From contig CBDCYF010000005.1 in assembly GCA_965224065.1 (NCBI GenBank), positions 3,596,491 through 3,660,490 of the forward strand: a stretch of DNA of 64,000 bases. Reading direction: 5' to 3'. The translations under genes and the position numbers were made by a program. Shown piece by piece: positions 30,994-39,343 of this stretch. The notes below the pieces were generated by a model. It was given only the letters and a program-made list of their open reading frames with translations. It ran no database searches and had not been told where the DNA came from. The stretch is from Candidatus Multivoradales bacterium (lineage in GTDB: Bacteria > Acidobacteriota > Thermoanaerobaculia > Multivoradales > JAHEKO01). Positions within the stretch are counted from its first letter, which is position 1. Every line of letters starts with the position of its first letter.

Positions 30994-31050
30994 ATGGTAC
31001 AAGACGGGTACCATTTCGTGTTGAATCCACGCCCGCCGCTGTCGTAGACT
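30994..31050 (+). promoter_or_regulatory. Palindromic operator plus sigma70-like promoter of the oxidase operon (divergent from the SSS operon)
   Basis: ATGGTAC-N7-GTACCAT (30994-31014) just upstream of TTGAAT-18 bp-TAGACT (31021-31050). Confidence 0.45.
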
Positions 31051-31115
31051 CCGCCAGACCACGGAAGCGGAGGGGCCTCCCTCACCCACACAGGACCTGT
31101 TCCCGAGGAGTCGCG

Positions 31116-32912
31116 ATGAGCGTTCTCGAAAAGGAAGAACACGAAGCCGAGGAACACTCCGAGCACCCCCACGAGCCGTTCTGGAAGAGGTACATCTTCT
31201 CCCAGGACCACAAGGTGATCGGCATCCAGTACGGCTTGACCGCCCTGCTGTTCCTGCTGTTTGGCTTCAGCTTGATGCTCTTGATGCGCTGGCAGCTCGC
31301 CTTCCCGGGCAAGCCGATTCCGTTGATCGGCGGGCTTTTGGGCGAGGCCAACGCCCCGGGCGGCATCATGCTCCCCGAGTTCTATAACCAGCTCGGGGCG
31401 ATGCACGGCACGATCATGGTGTTTCTGGCGGTCGTCCCGCTGGCCGTGGGCGCGTTTGGCAACTATGTCGTCCCGCTCCAGATCGGTGCCCCCGACATGG
31501 CGTTTCCCAAGCTCAACATGGCGAGCTACTGGGTCTACTTCCTCGGCGGGGTGATCATGTTCGCCAGCTTTTTTGTTCCCGGCGGCGCGGCCAACTCGGG
31601 CTGGACCTCTTATCCGCCGCTATCGGAGATCGCCACGGAAGGCCAGACCTGGTGGCTCGTCGGGATGGTCTTTTTGATCACTTCGTCGCTCTTGGGCTCG
31701 GTCAACTTCATCGTCACCATCTTCCACCTGCGGGCCAAGGGGCTGACCCTGATGCGGCTGCCGTTTTTTGTCTGGTCGCAGTTGGTGACGGCTTTTCTCC
31801 TGTTGTTGGCTTTCCCGCCGCTCGAGGCTGCGGGTGTGTTCCAGCTCATGGACCGGGTCTTCGGGACCAGCTTTTTTATGCCCAGCGGCCTGGTGGTGAG
31901 TGGAGAGGTCGTGGAGGTGGCCGGCGGGGGCAGCCCGCTCCTGTGGCAGCACCTGTTCTGGTTTCTGGCCCACCCCGAGGTCTACGTGCTCATCTTGCCG
32001 GCGCTCGGCATTGTCGCCGAGGTGATCGCCAACAACACTCGCAAGCCCCTTTGGGGTTACAAGTCGATGGTCTACGCGTCGATCTTCCTGGGCTTCATGT
32101 CGTTCATCGTCTGGGCGCACCACATGTTCCTGACCGGCATGGGCACCACCATCAGTGCCTTCTTCCAGACCACGACCATGATCATCTCGATCCCATCGGT
32201 GGTGATTCTGACCGCGCTGCTGATGTCGCTCTGGGGCGCTTCGATCCGCTTTACGACGCCGATGCTCTTTGCGCTGGCGTTTCTACCGATGTTCGGGATC
32301 GGTGGCTTGACCGGCTTGCCGCTCGGTCTCTCGCCCTCGGACATCCACCTGCACGACACCTACTACGTCATCGGCCATTTCCATTACGTGGTGGCGCCGG
32401 GGACGATCTTTGCGTTGTTCGCCGGCATCTACTACTGGTTCCCCAAGATCACCGGCCGCAAGATGAGCGACTTTCTCGGCAAGCTGCACTTCTACCCCTC
32501 GTTTGTGTTCATCAACATGATCTTTATGCCGATGTTCATCCAGGGGCTGGCCGGGGTGTCGCGCCGGTTGTGGGACGGTGGAGAGCAGTATTCGCACGCC
32601 CAGGACGTGTTGAAGTGGAACGAGTTCATGTCCTGGGGTGCCTGGCTGCTGCTGGTCGCCCAGTTGCCGTTCATCTTCAACCTGTTCTGGAGCATCAAGA
32701 AGGGCAAGAAGGTGGACGCGAATCCCTGGCAGGCGACGACGCTCGAATGGTCCGCCGCGCCGTCGCCACCGGTCGGCCACGGCAATTTTGTCGAGGTCCC
32801 GGTGGTCCACCGACCTGCCTACGAGTACAGCGTGCCCGGGGCCGCGGAGGGTTTTCTACCGCAGAACATCTCGGATAGGGCTGCGCCCAGCGCGTCCGGC
32901 GAGGAGGGATAG
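31116..32912 (+). CDS. ctaD: Cytochrome c oxidase subunit I, A-type
   Basis: DHKVIG, AMHGTIM, APDMAFP, HPEVY, WAHHM, HDTYYVIGHFHY, GVSRR; ATG at 31116 after GAGGAG. Confidence 0.96.
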   Translation: MSVLEKEEHEAEEHSEHPHEPFWKRYIFSQDHKVIGIQYGLTALLFLLFGFSLMLLMRWQLAFPGKPIPLIGGLLGEANAPGGIMLPEFYNQLGAMHGTIMVFLAVVPLAVGAFGNYVVPLQIGAPDMAFPKLNMASYWVYFLGGVIMFASFFVPGGAANSGWTSYPPLSEIATEGQTWWLVGMVFLITSSLLGSVNFIVTIFHLRAKGLTLMRLPFFVWSQLVTAFLLLLAFPPLEAAGVFQLMDRVFGTSFFMPSGLVVSGEVVEVAGGGSPLLWQHLFWFLAHPEVYVLILPALGIVAEVIANNTRKPLWGYKSMVYASIFLGFMSFIVWAHHMFLTGMGTTISAFFQTTTMIISIPSVVILTALLMSLWGASIRFTTPMLFALAFLPMFGIGGLTGLPLGLSPSDIHLHDTYYVIGHFHYVVAPGTIFALFAGIYYWFPKITGRKMSDFLGKLHFYPSFVFINMIFMPMFIQGLAGVSRRLWDGGEQYSHAQDVLKWNEFMSWGAWLLLVAQLPFIFNLFWSIKKGKKVDANPWQATTLEWSAAPSPPVGHGNFVEVPVVHRPAYEYSVPGAAEGFLPQNISDRAAPSASGEEG

Positions 32913-32915
32913 GCG

Positions 32916-33557
32916 ATGCAGATTCCCTACACCGTCGAAGAGCGGCCCGACACCGGGCTCTACAACGCCAAGCTGGGCGTCTGGCTGTTCCTGGCCTCCG
33001 AGGTGATGCTGTTTGGCGCGCTGTTTTCCTCGTACGTTCTGCTGCGCACCGGCGATCCGGCGTTTATGACCATCCCGCATTCGATCGCCGACGCCTTGCA
33101 CCTGGGTGAGGGAACACACCGCTGGCCCGACGAGCTCAACGTGCCGCTGGCCTTTGTCAACACTCTGGTGCTGATCTTCTCCAGTGTCACCATCGTGATG
33201 TCGTGGGCCTCGCTGAAGCTCAAAGAGTTCGACAAGTACCGGTTGTGGATGGGGTTGACGCTGCTCTGCGCGCTGGCCTTTATGTGCATCAAGGCGGTGG
33301 AGTACAACGCCAAGTTCTCGCACGGTCTTTTCCCGGCGACGAGCAACTTTCTCGGCATCTATTTCGCGCTCACCGGCCTTCACGCTCTGCACGTGATCGG
33401 TGGGCTGATCGTCAACGGTTATCTCTGGGGACCGGGCGCCAAGATGTGGAAGACCGAGCCCGAGCGGTTTACCAACCGGGTCGAGGTTGCCGGTCTCTAC
33501 TGGCACTTTGTCGATCTGGTGTGGATCTTTCTTTTTCCCTGTCTTTATCTACTGTAG
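32916..33557 (+). CDS. ctaE: Cytochrome c oxidase subunit III
   Basis: WLFLASEVMLFG, NTLVLIFSS, LTGLHALHV, GLYWHFVDLVWIFLFP. Confidence 0.95.
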   Translation: MQIPYTVEERPDTGLYNAKLGVWLFLASEVMLFGALFSSYVLLRTGDPAFMTIPHSIADALHLGEGTHRWPDELNVPLAFVNTLVLIFSSVTIVMSWASLKLKEFDKYRLWMGLTLLCALAFMCIKAVEYNAKFSHGLFPATSNFLGIYFALTGLHALHVIGGLIVNGYLWGPGAKMWKTEPERFTNRVEVAGLYWHFVDLVWIFLFPCLYLL

Positions 33558-33569
33558 GAGCGACCGAGC

Positions 33570-33875
33570 ATGGGTGGACACACAGCCGAAGAGATCCGGA
33601 GTGAGATGCGCCGGTATTGGGTCGTGGGCACGGCCCTGTTTCTGCTCACCGTCGTTACCGTCGCGGTGAGCTATCTGGACGTGTCGGCGGGGCTGGCGAT
33701 TTTTATCGCCCTGCTGATCGCCTGTCTCAAGGGCGGGCTGGTCGCCGCGGTCTTTATGCATCTGATCTCGGAGAAGCAGGCGATCTATTCACTCTTGCTT
33801 CTGACCTTGATCTTTTTTGTCGCGCTGATGCTCGGTCCACTGGGTGCGCGCTTGGGGTCGGTCGTCGCCGGGTAA
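33570..33875 (+). CDS. Cytochrome c oxidase subunit IV family protein
   Basis: Three TM helices, LIACLKGGLVAAVFMHL. Confidence 0.88.
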   Translation: MGGHTAEEIRSEMRRYWVVGTALFLLTVVTVAVSYLDVSAGLAIFIALLIACLKGGLVAAVFMHLISEKQAIYSLLLLTLIFFVALMLGPLGARLGSVVAG

Positions 33876-33882
33876 CCTCGAG

Positions 33883-34086
33883 ATGTCGCTGCGCGCCTTC
33901 CATCTCTTTTTTGTCGCCGTGTCGATCGTCATGTGCGGCCTGGTAGCGGCGTGGGGACTGCACGACTACCGGCATCACGCCGCCGGCGGCAGCCTGGGCC
34001 TGGCGGTCCTCTGCGCCGTGCTGGGCCTTGGATTGGTGTACTACTGGCTCCGCGTCTATCGCAAGTTTCAGGAGCTCGGCCGTTGA
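33883..34086 (+). CDS. Small two-TM protein in the oxidase operon
   Basis: MSLRAFHLFFV...YYWLRVYRKF, 67 aa, inside the operon. Confidence 0.7.
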   Translation: MSLRAFHLFFVAVSIVMCGLVAAWGLHDYRHHAAGGSLGLAVLCAVLGLGLVYYWLRVYRKFQELGR

Positions 34087-34349
34087 GGGTTCGCTCGGCG
34101 CTGGCGTTCGTTTTCACGCTCGGCCTGCTGGTCCTACCGGAGTCGGCCGACGCCTGCGCCGTCTGCTACGGAGGCGCCGATACGGCGCTCACCCAGGGGA
34201 TGAACAACGGCATTCTGGTGCTGCTCGGGGTCGTCGGGCTGGTCCAAGGTGGCCTGCTGGCTATGTTCTATACGTTTTGGCGGCGCGCTCGAGACCTCAG
34301 AGCTCGGCGTGACAGCTTTCGGGTTCTGGACGGAGGTGTGAATCGATGA
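34083..34349 (+). CDS. Small exported/membrane protein with an N-terminal CxxC motif in the oxidase operon
   Basis: TTG start overlapping the previous TGA; signal peptide ending ADA-CAVCYG; TM helix; ATGA-coupled to subunit II. Confidence 0.72.
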   Translation: MRVRSALAFVFTLGLLVLPESADACAVCYGGADTALTQGMNNGILVLLGVVGLVQGGLLAMFYTFWRRARDLRARRDSFRVLDGGVNR

Positions 34350-35254
34350 AGGACTTTCTGGCGCGTTGGATGCCGATCGATGCCTCGGAGCACGGCGCGG
34401 CGCTCGACAACATGAACGCCCTGATTCACTGGCTGATGGCCTTGCTGTTCGTCGGTTGGGGGATCTACTTCATCTATGTGCTGTTCCGCTTCCGGGCCAA
34501 GAAGAACCCGCAGGCCAGCTACACGGGATCGAAGTCCCATTTTTCGACCTGGATCGAGGGTGGTGTCATTCTGTTCGAGGCGATCCTTCTGATCGGTTTT
34601 GCGATCCCGGCCTGGGCGCGTTGGGTGACCCCCCACGAGCCCGATGACAATCCTCTGGTGGTGCGTGTCGTCGGTCAGCAGTTCGCCTGGAACATCCACT
34701 ATTCCGGGGCCGACGGGGTCTTTGGCCCGACCGACGTCCATCTGGTCAATGAGGCATCGAATCCCATCGGGCTCGACCGGAGCCATCCCACCGCGGTGGA
34801 CGACATCGTCACCATCAACCAGCTCCACCTGCCCGTCGATCGGCCGGTGACCGTGCTGCTGAGCACCAAGGACGTGATCCACAGCTTTGCGTTGCCGGTC
34901 ATGCGGGTCAAGCAGGACGCGATCCCCGGTCAGGAGATTCCGGTGCACTTCACTCCCACTGCCGCCACGCCGCCCGAGGGGCGCTTCCCGGCATGTGCGG
35001 CAGGGAAGGAGTGCTGGGAGATCGCTTGCGCCCAGCTCTGCGGGCTCGGGCACTACCGGATGCGAGGTTTTCTGACGGTCCACGAGCCGGACGGCTTCGA
35101 GGCCTGGCTGGCGGCCGAGGCGCCGGCGCCCGCACCGGCACCGGCTCAGTCCCAGCCGGCGGCGACCGAGGAGAGCGCCGCGGAAGCCCCGTCGGACGAG
35201 CACGCCGACCACGACGCACACACCGATCACTCACAGCATCGGGCCGCCGGTTAG
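34346..35254 (+). CDS. ctaC: Cytochrome c oxidase subunit II (CuA)
   Basis: Two TM helices, GQQFAWNIHY, DVIHSF, CAQLCGLGHYRM; His-rich tail. Confidence 0.93.
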   Translation: MKDFLARWMPIDASEHGAALDNMNALIHWLMALLFVGWGIYFIYVLFRFRAKKNPQASYTGSKSHFSTWIEGGVILFEAILLIGFAIPAWARWVTPHEPDDNPLVVRVVGQQFAWNIHYSGADGVFGPTDVHLVNEASNPIGLDRSHPTAVDDIVTINQLHLPVDRPVTVLLSTKDVIHSFALPVMRVKQDAIPGQEIPVHFTPTAATPPEGRFPACAAGKECWEIACAQLCGLGHYRMRGFLTVHEPDGFEAWLAAEAPAPAPAPAQSQPAATEESAAEAPSDEHADHDAHTDHSQHRAAG

Positions 35255-35301
35255 CCGGAAGAGCGCACCGGGCGGCGATTTCCGCCTGACACAATGGAGA
35301 G

Positions 35302-36690
35302 ATGAGGCGTTGGGCCGGCGCTGCCGTCGGAGTCCTTCTCGGGTTCGTCTGGGCGGTTTCTTGGGGGCCCCTGAGCTCCGGGTTGGTGGCTGAACCCCTC
35401 CCGGCGGCCGTCGCGCCCGCGACCTTCGAGATTGTGGACGTTGCCCCGGTGTGGTCGGGGCACCCGGTTCGCTTTGCCCTCGAGACGCACGGTGGCCGCC
35501 AGTACGTGGCGTTCTATGACGCGAAACGGCGGATGACGGTCGCCATGCGACGACTCGATTCGACCCATTGGCGGTTTCACCGCTTGCCATCGAAGCTCGG
35601 ATGGGACAGCCACAGCGATCTGGCGCTGGCGGTCGACGAACGCGGCCATATCCACATCAGCGGCAACATGCACGGGGACCCGCTGGTCTATTTTCGCTCG
35701 CGCTCTCCGCACGACATTTCGGTGTTCGAGCGTCCGGGGATGGTGGGGGATCGGGAGAAACGAGTGACCTACCCGGGTTTTCTCAACAGCCCGGACGGGC
35801 AACTCGTCTTTCACTACCGCGATGGGAGAAGCGGCGAGGGGGTGCGGATCTTCAACACCTATGACGCGGATTCGAAGACCTGGCGCCGGTTGATGTCCCA
35901 GCCGCTGTTCGACGGCGGTGGCGAAATGAGCGCTTATCTCGCCGGACCGGTTCTCGGGCCGGACGGTGCGTTTCACCTGGTCTGGATGTGGCGCGACACC
36001 CCCAGCGGCGATACCTGCCACGACATCTCCTACGCACGCAGCTCCGATCTGTCGCGCTGGCAGACCGCAGCGGGCGAGCCGCTGGAGACCCCGCTGCGGC
36101 CGGGCCACCGGAAGGCAGTCGTCGACCCGGTGCCGGCCGGGGGAGGCCTCGCCGGCGCGGCCTACGGCGTCGGCTGGGATTCCGAGGGCAGCCCGGTGGT
36201 GACCTACTCGAAGTACGACGGCGCCGGGAAGAGCCAGGCGTTCAACGCCCGCTGGGAAGACACCCGGTGGGAGGTGTACCGGACCAGCGACTGGGACCAC
36301 CGTTGGGAGCTGGGCAAGACCGGCTCCCTTGTCGAGGAGGTGGTGGCGCGCCCGGTGCGCGTGGATGCCGCGGGGCGGCTGGTCCAGCCGTTCCGGCACG
36401 TCCGCCACGGGCGCGGGATCTGGGTTCTGGACCAAAACACCCTGCGGCCGACCGAGATTCTCGATCCACCGCGAGACTTGGAGGCTGTGCGGACGGTAGA
36501 ATCCGGCTTTCCGGGAATGGAAGTGCGCGAGCTCATCCACGATCGAACCGGGAAGTTTTTTTTGCGGTGGGAGACGCTGCCGACAAACCGCGACCGGCGC
36601 CGCAAGAGACCCTACCCGCCGCCGAGCATGTTGCGGGTGTACCGGAAACCGGCCCCTGCATCCAGCGGACTCCAGGGAGCCGGCCGGTGA
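35302..36690 (+). CDS. Secreted BNR-4 repeat beta-propeller protein
   Basis: Signal peptide; QYVAFYD, WDSH, HISGNMH, TYPGF, YRDGRSGEG, HLVWMWR, HDISYARS. Confidence 0.75.
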   Translation: MRRWAGAAVGVLLGFVWAVSWGPLSSGLVAEPLPAAVAPATFEIVDVAPVWSGHPVRFALETHGGRQYVAFYDAKRRMTVAMRRLDSTHWRFHRLPSKLGWDSHSDLALAVDERGHIHISGNMHGDPLVYFRSRSPHDISVFERPGMVGDREKRVTYPGFLNSPDGQLVFHYRDGRSGEGVRIFNTYDADSKTWRRLMSQPLFDGGGEMSAYLAGPVLGPDGAFHLVWMWRDTPSGDTCHDISYARSSDLSRWQTAAGEPLETPLRPGHRKAVVDPVPAGGGLAGAAYGVGWDSEGSPVVTYSKYDGAGKSQAFNARWEDTRWEVYRTSDWDHRWELGKTGSLVEEVVARPVRVDAAGRLVQPFRHVRHGRGIWVLDQNTLRPTEILDPPRDLEAVRTVESGFPGMEVRELIHDRTGKFFLRWETLPTNRDRRRKRPYPPPSMLRVYRKPAPASSGLQGAGR

Positions 36691-38357
36691 GCCTTCCCCT
36701 TCGCGTCCGACTCACGGCAAGCGCGGTCTTTTGGGTCATTCTGACGCTGGCCGCGCCCGGCGCGCGTGCCAACGAGGCCTCGGCGGTGGATGCCCCGGAG
36801 CCCGATCCGCTGCCGGAGGACGAGGCGCTCGAGGCCAATGGCGCTCGCATCGGCAAGATCTCGATCCAGGTGAGCGATGTCTTCGACATGCGGGACCCGG
36901 ACCAGAACAAAAAGATCTTTCGGTTTGTCAACCGGTTGCACCGCAAGACGCGCGACGGGGTGATCCTCGAGGAGTTGCTCTTCGAGCCCGGGGATCCGTA
37001 CTCGAGCCGGTTGTTGGCGGAGTCCGAAAGAAGGCTGCGCGAAAAACGGTACCTCTACGACGCCGAGATCAGACCAGTCGCCTATCGAGACGGCACGGTG
37101 GACATCCACGTCGACACCCGCGACGTGTGGACCTTGAATGGGGGGGTGGCGTTCTCGCGCAGCGGCGGTGAGAACACCACGCGATTCAGCGTGTCGGACA
37201 CCAATTTTCTCGGCACCGGCAAGGAAGTGGGGATCAGCCGCAAGGAGAACGTCGACCGGGTCCGCGCCGAGGCGCACTATCGCGACTTCAACCTCTTCGG
37301 CAATCACAGTGAGATCGAGATCTCGGTGTCCGACAACAGCGACGGCGACCGCTATCTTCTGCACCTGCGGCGGCCCTTTTTCGCGCTCGACACCCGCCGC
37401 TCGAAGGGCATCACGCTGCTCACCGAGGAACGGATCGACCCGATCTTCGATCGCGGTCAGGCGATTGCCGAGTTCCAGCACAAGATCGATGTGTTCGACG
37501 GCCACTGGGGGTTTTCCAGGGGGCTGAAAAACGGCTCGGTCAAGCGGTGGAAGTTCGGCTACACATTTATCAGGGACCGTTTCTTCGCCCTGCCGGATCG
37601 TCCGTCGACGATCCCGGTGCCGCCGGATCGGACGCTCTCCTACCCCTGGGTCGATTTCGAGTTCGTCCAGGATCGATTTATCGAGACCCGCGACCTCGAC
37701 AAGATCGCGCGTACCGAGGATTTGAATCTCGGGACGCGCTTCCAGACGCGGCTCGGTTTCTCGGCGCCGGCGTTTGGCGGTGACGAGGATCTGGCGATCT
37801 TTGGCACCAACGTTTCGTCCGGGTTCCACGTCGGTACCGGCAAGCTGTTGCTTGCGGACGCAAACGCCGGTCTGCGTTGGGGCCGGGACGGCCTCGACAC
37901 GCTGGCAGCGGGGATCAACGGCCGCTTCTACTGGCGCAACGGCAAGAACAAGGTCTTCTACTCGACGCTCCAGGCCGCGGCGGTAGAGGATCTCGACCCC
38001 GAGCGGCAGCTCCTGATCGGAGGCGACAGCGGCCTCCGTGGTTACCCACTGCGTTTCGAGAGCGGCGACCGCCGGGTCCTGCTCACCCTCGAGCAGCGAT
38101 TTTTCACCGGGCGGGAGTTTTTCAAGCTCGCCACGGCCGGTGCGGCGATTTTTTTCGACGCCGGGCGCGCCTGGTTTGTCGGGCAGGACCGAGCCGACGA
38201 TTTTGGCGTCCTCAAGGACATCGGCATCGGTCTGCGGCTCAGCCCGACGCGGTCGGGCGGCAAGACCATGGTGCATCTCGACGTCGCCTTTCCGCTCGAC
38301 GGGGACGGCTCGTTCGAGAGCGTCCAGTGGCTGGTCTCGACCCACGAGACTCTATGA
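36687..38357 (+). CDS. Omp85 (BamA/TamA) family outer-membrane protein with POTRA-like domain
   Basis: Signal peptide; LLAESERRLR; beta-barrel pattern; GGDSGLRGYP, FFDAGRAW, GIGLR, HLDVAFP; GTGA overlap with the previous gene. Confidence 0.85.
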   Translation: MSLPLRVRLTASAVFWVILTLAAPGARANEASAVDAPEPDPLPEDEALEANGARIGKISIQVSDVFDMRDPDQNKKIFRFVNRLHRKTRDGVILEELLFEPGDPYSSRLLAESERRLREKRYLYDAEIRPVAYRDGTVDIHVDTRDVWTLNGGVAFSRSGGENTTRFSVSDTNFLGTGKEVGISRKENVDRVRAEAHYRDFNLFGNHSEIEISVSDNSDGDRYLLHLRRPFFALDTRRSKGITLLTEERIDPIFDRGQAIAEFQHKIDVFDGHWGFSRGLKNGSVKRWKFGYTFIRDRFFALPDRPSTIPVPPDRTLSYPWVDFEFVQDRFIETRDLDKIARTEDLNLGTRFQTRLGFSAPAFGGDEDLAIFGTNVSSGFHVGTGKLLLADANAGLRWGRDGLDTLAAGINGRFYWRNGKNKVFYSTLQAAAVEDLDPERQLLIGGDSGLRGYPLRFESGDRRVLLTLEQRFFTGREFFKLATAGAAIFFDAGRAWFVGQDRADDFGVLKDIGIGLRLSPTRSGGKTMVHLDVAFPLDGDGSFESVQWLVSTHETL

Positions 38358-38435
38358 CCCCTGGACGGCACATGTTCATTGCCGGGTGTCGAGCCCTCTG
38401 CTAGCCTGTCTGTCTCACCCCAAACAAGGAGAACT

Positions 38436-39260
38436 ATGAAATCGAAACAGATCGCCGTCGTGGCTTGCTCGCTTCTGGCCCTGGCCGTTCCGTTGGCGGC
38501 CGACGGGGGCAAGAAGGATCTCCGCGAGGAGATCGAGGAGCTCAAAGCCGGCCAGCAGAAGATCCAAAAGGACCTGGCGGAGATCAAAAAGCTTCTCGAG
38601 GCCAGGCCGGCGCCGGCCGCTCAGGGGGCCGCGCGTCGCAGCGGAGCCAATGTCGAGAATGTGGTCTTTGACCTCGGGGACAACCCGGTCAAGGGCGAAT
38701 CCACGGCCAAGCTGACACTGGTCGAATTCTCCGACTATCAGTGACCGTTCTGCAGCCGTCACGTCCGTGAGACGTACCCGCAGATTGCCAAGGAATACAT
38801 CGACACCGGAAAGATCCGCTACGCTATGCTCGATCTGCCGCTCGAGCGCATCCACCCGTTGGCCTTCAAGGCCGCTGAGGCGACCGCTTGCGCCGCCGAT
38901 CAAGGCAAGTTCTGGGAGATGCACGACCGGCTCTTCGCCAACACCCGTAATCTCCAACAGTTGAGCCCGCACGCCGAGGCCGTCGGCCTCGACGTCGCCG
39001 CGTTCGACGAATGCATGGAGAGCAATCGTCACGCCACGGCGGTGCGCAAGGACATGGCCCAGGCCCGCAAGGCGGGCGCCACCGGCACGCCGGCCTTCCT
39101 GCTGGCCCTGACCGATCCGTCTGACCCGACCAAGGTCAAGGGGTTGACCACCTTCCGAGGAGCGCAACCGTTCAACACGTTCAAGACCCAGATCGATGGA
39201 GCGTTGCGCGATCTGGCCAAGGATGCGGCGCAGCCTGGTACGGGCTCGGCGACTCAGTAG
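38436..39260 (+). CDS. Secreted DsbA-like thioredoxin, predicted selenoprotein (U-P-F-C; in-frame TGA at 38742-38744)
   Basis: AAGGAG RBS, signal peptide, LVEFSDYQ-TGA-PFC; the same frame continues into the 38826-39260 ORF (DLPL..IHP, KFWEMHD, GATGTPAF cis-Pro loop). Confidence 0.88.
38750..38783 (+). promoter_or_regulatory. Predicted bacterial SECIS element of the DsbA-like gene
   Basis: CGTC-AC-[GTCC]-GT-ga-GACG stem-loop (38757-38774) inside an outer CTGC/GCAG stem; loop GU at +19/+20 after the UGA. Confidence 0.6.
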
Positions 39261-39290
39261 CGACGCTCTCCCAAAATCGACCTCAAAAAG

Positions 39291-39322
39291 AAAGGCCGGA
39301 GCCCGTCGGGGCTCCGGCCTTT
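39291..39322. terminator. Bidirectional intrinsic terminator between the convergent DsbA-like and M36 genes
   Basis: AAAGGCCGGAGCCC-GTCG-GGGCTCCGGCCTTT with A/T tracts on both sides. Confidence 0.9.
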
Positions 39323-39343
39323 TGGTTGTGGTCGATCAGACCG

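Noticed and set aside
38379-39260. Calling the DsbA-like gene and the 42906-46817 gene pseudogenes
   Set aside because: The DsbA TGA falls exactly on the catalytic Cys, both genes are otherwise intact, and both carry matching SECIS-like hairpins; recoding is the simpler explanation.
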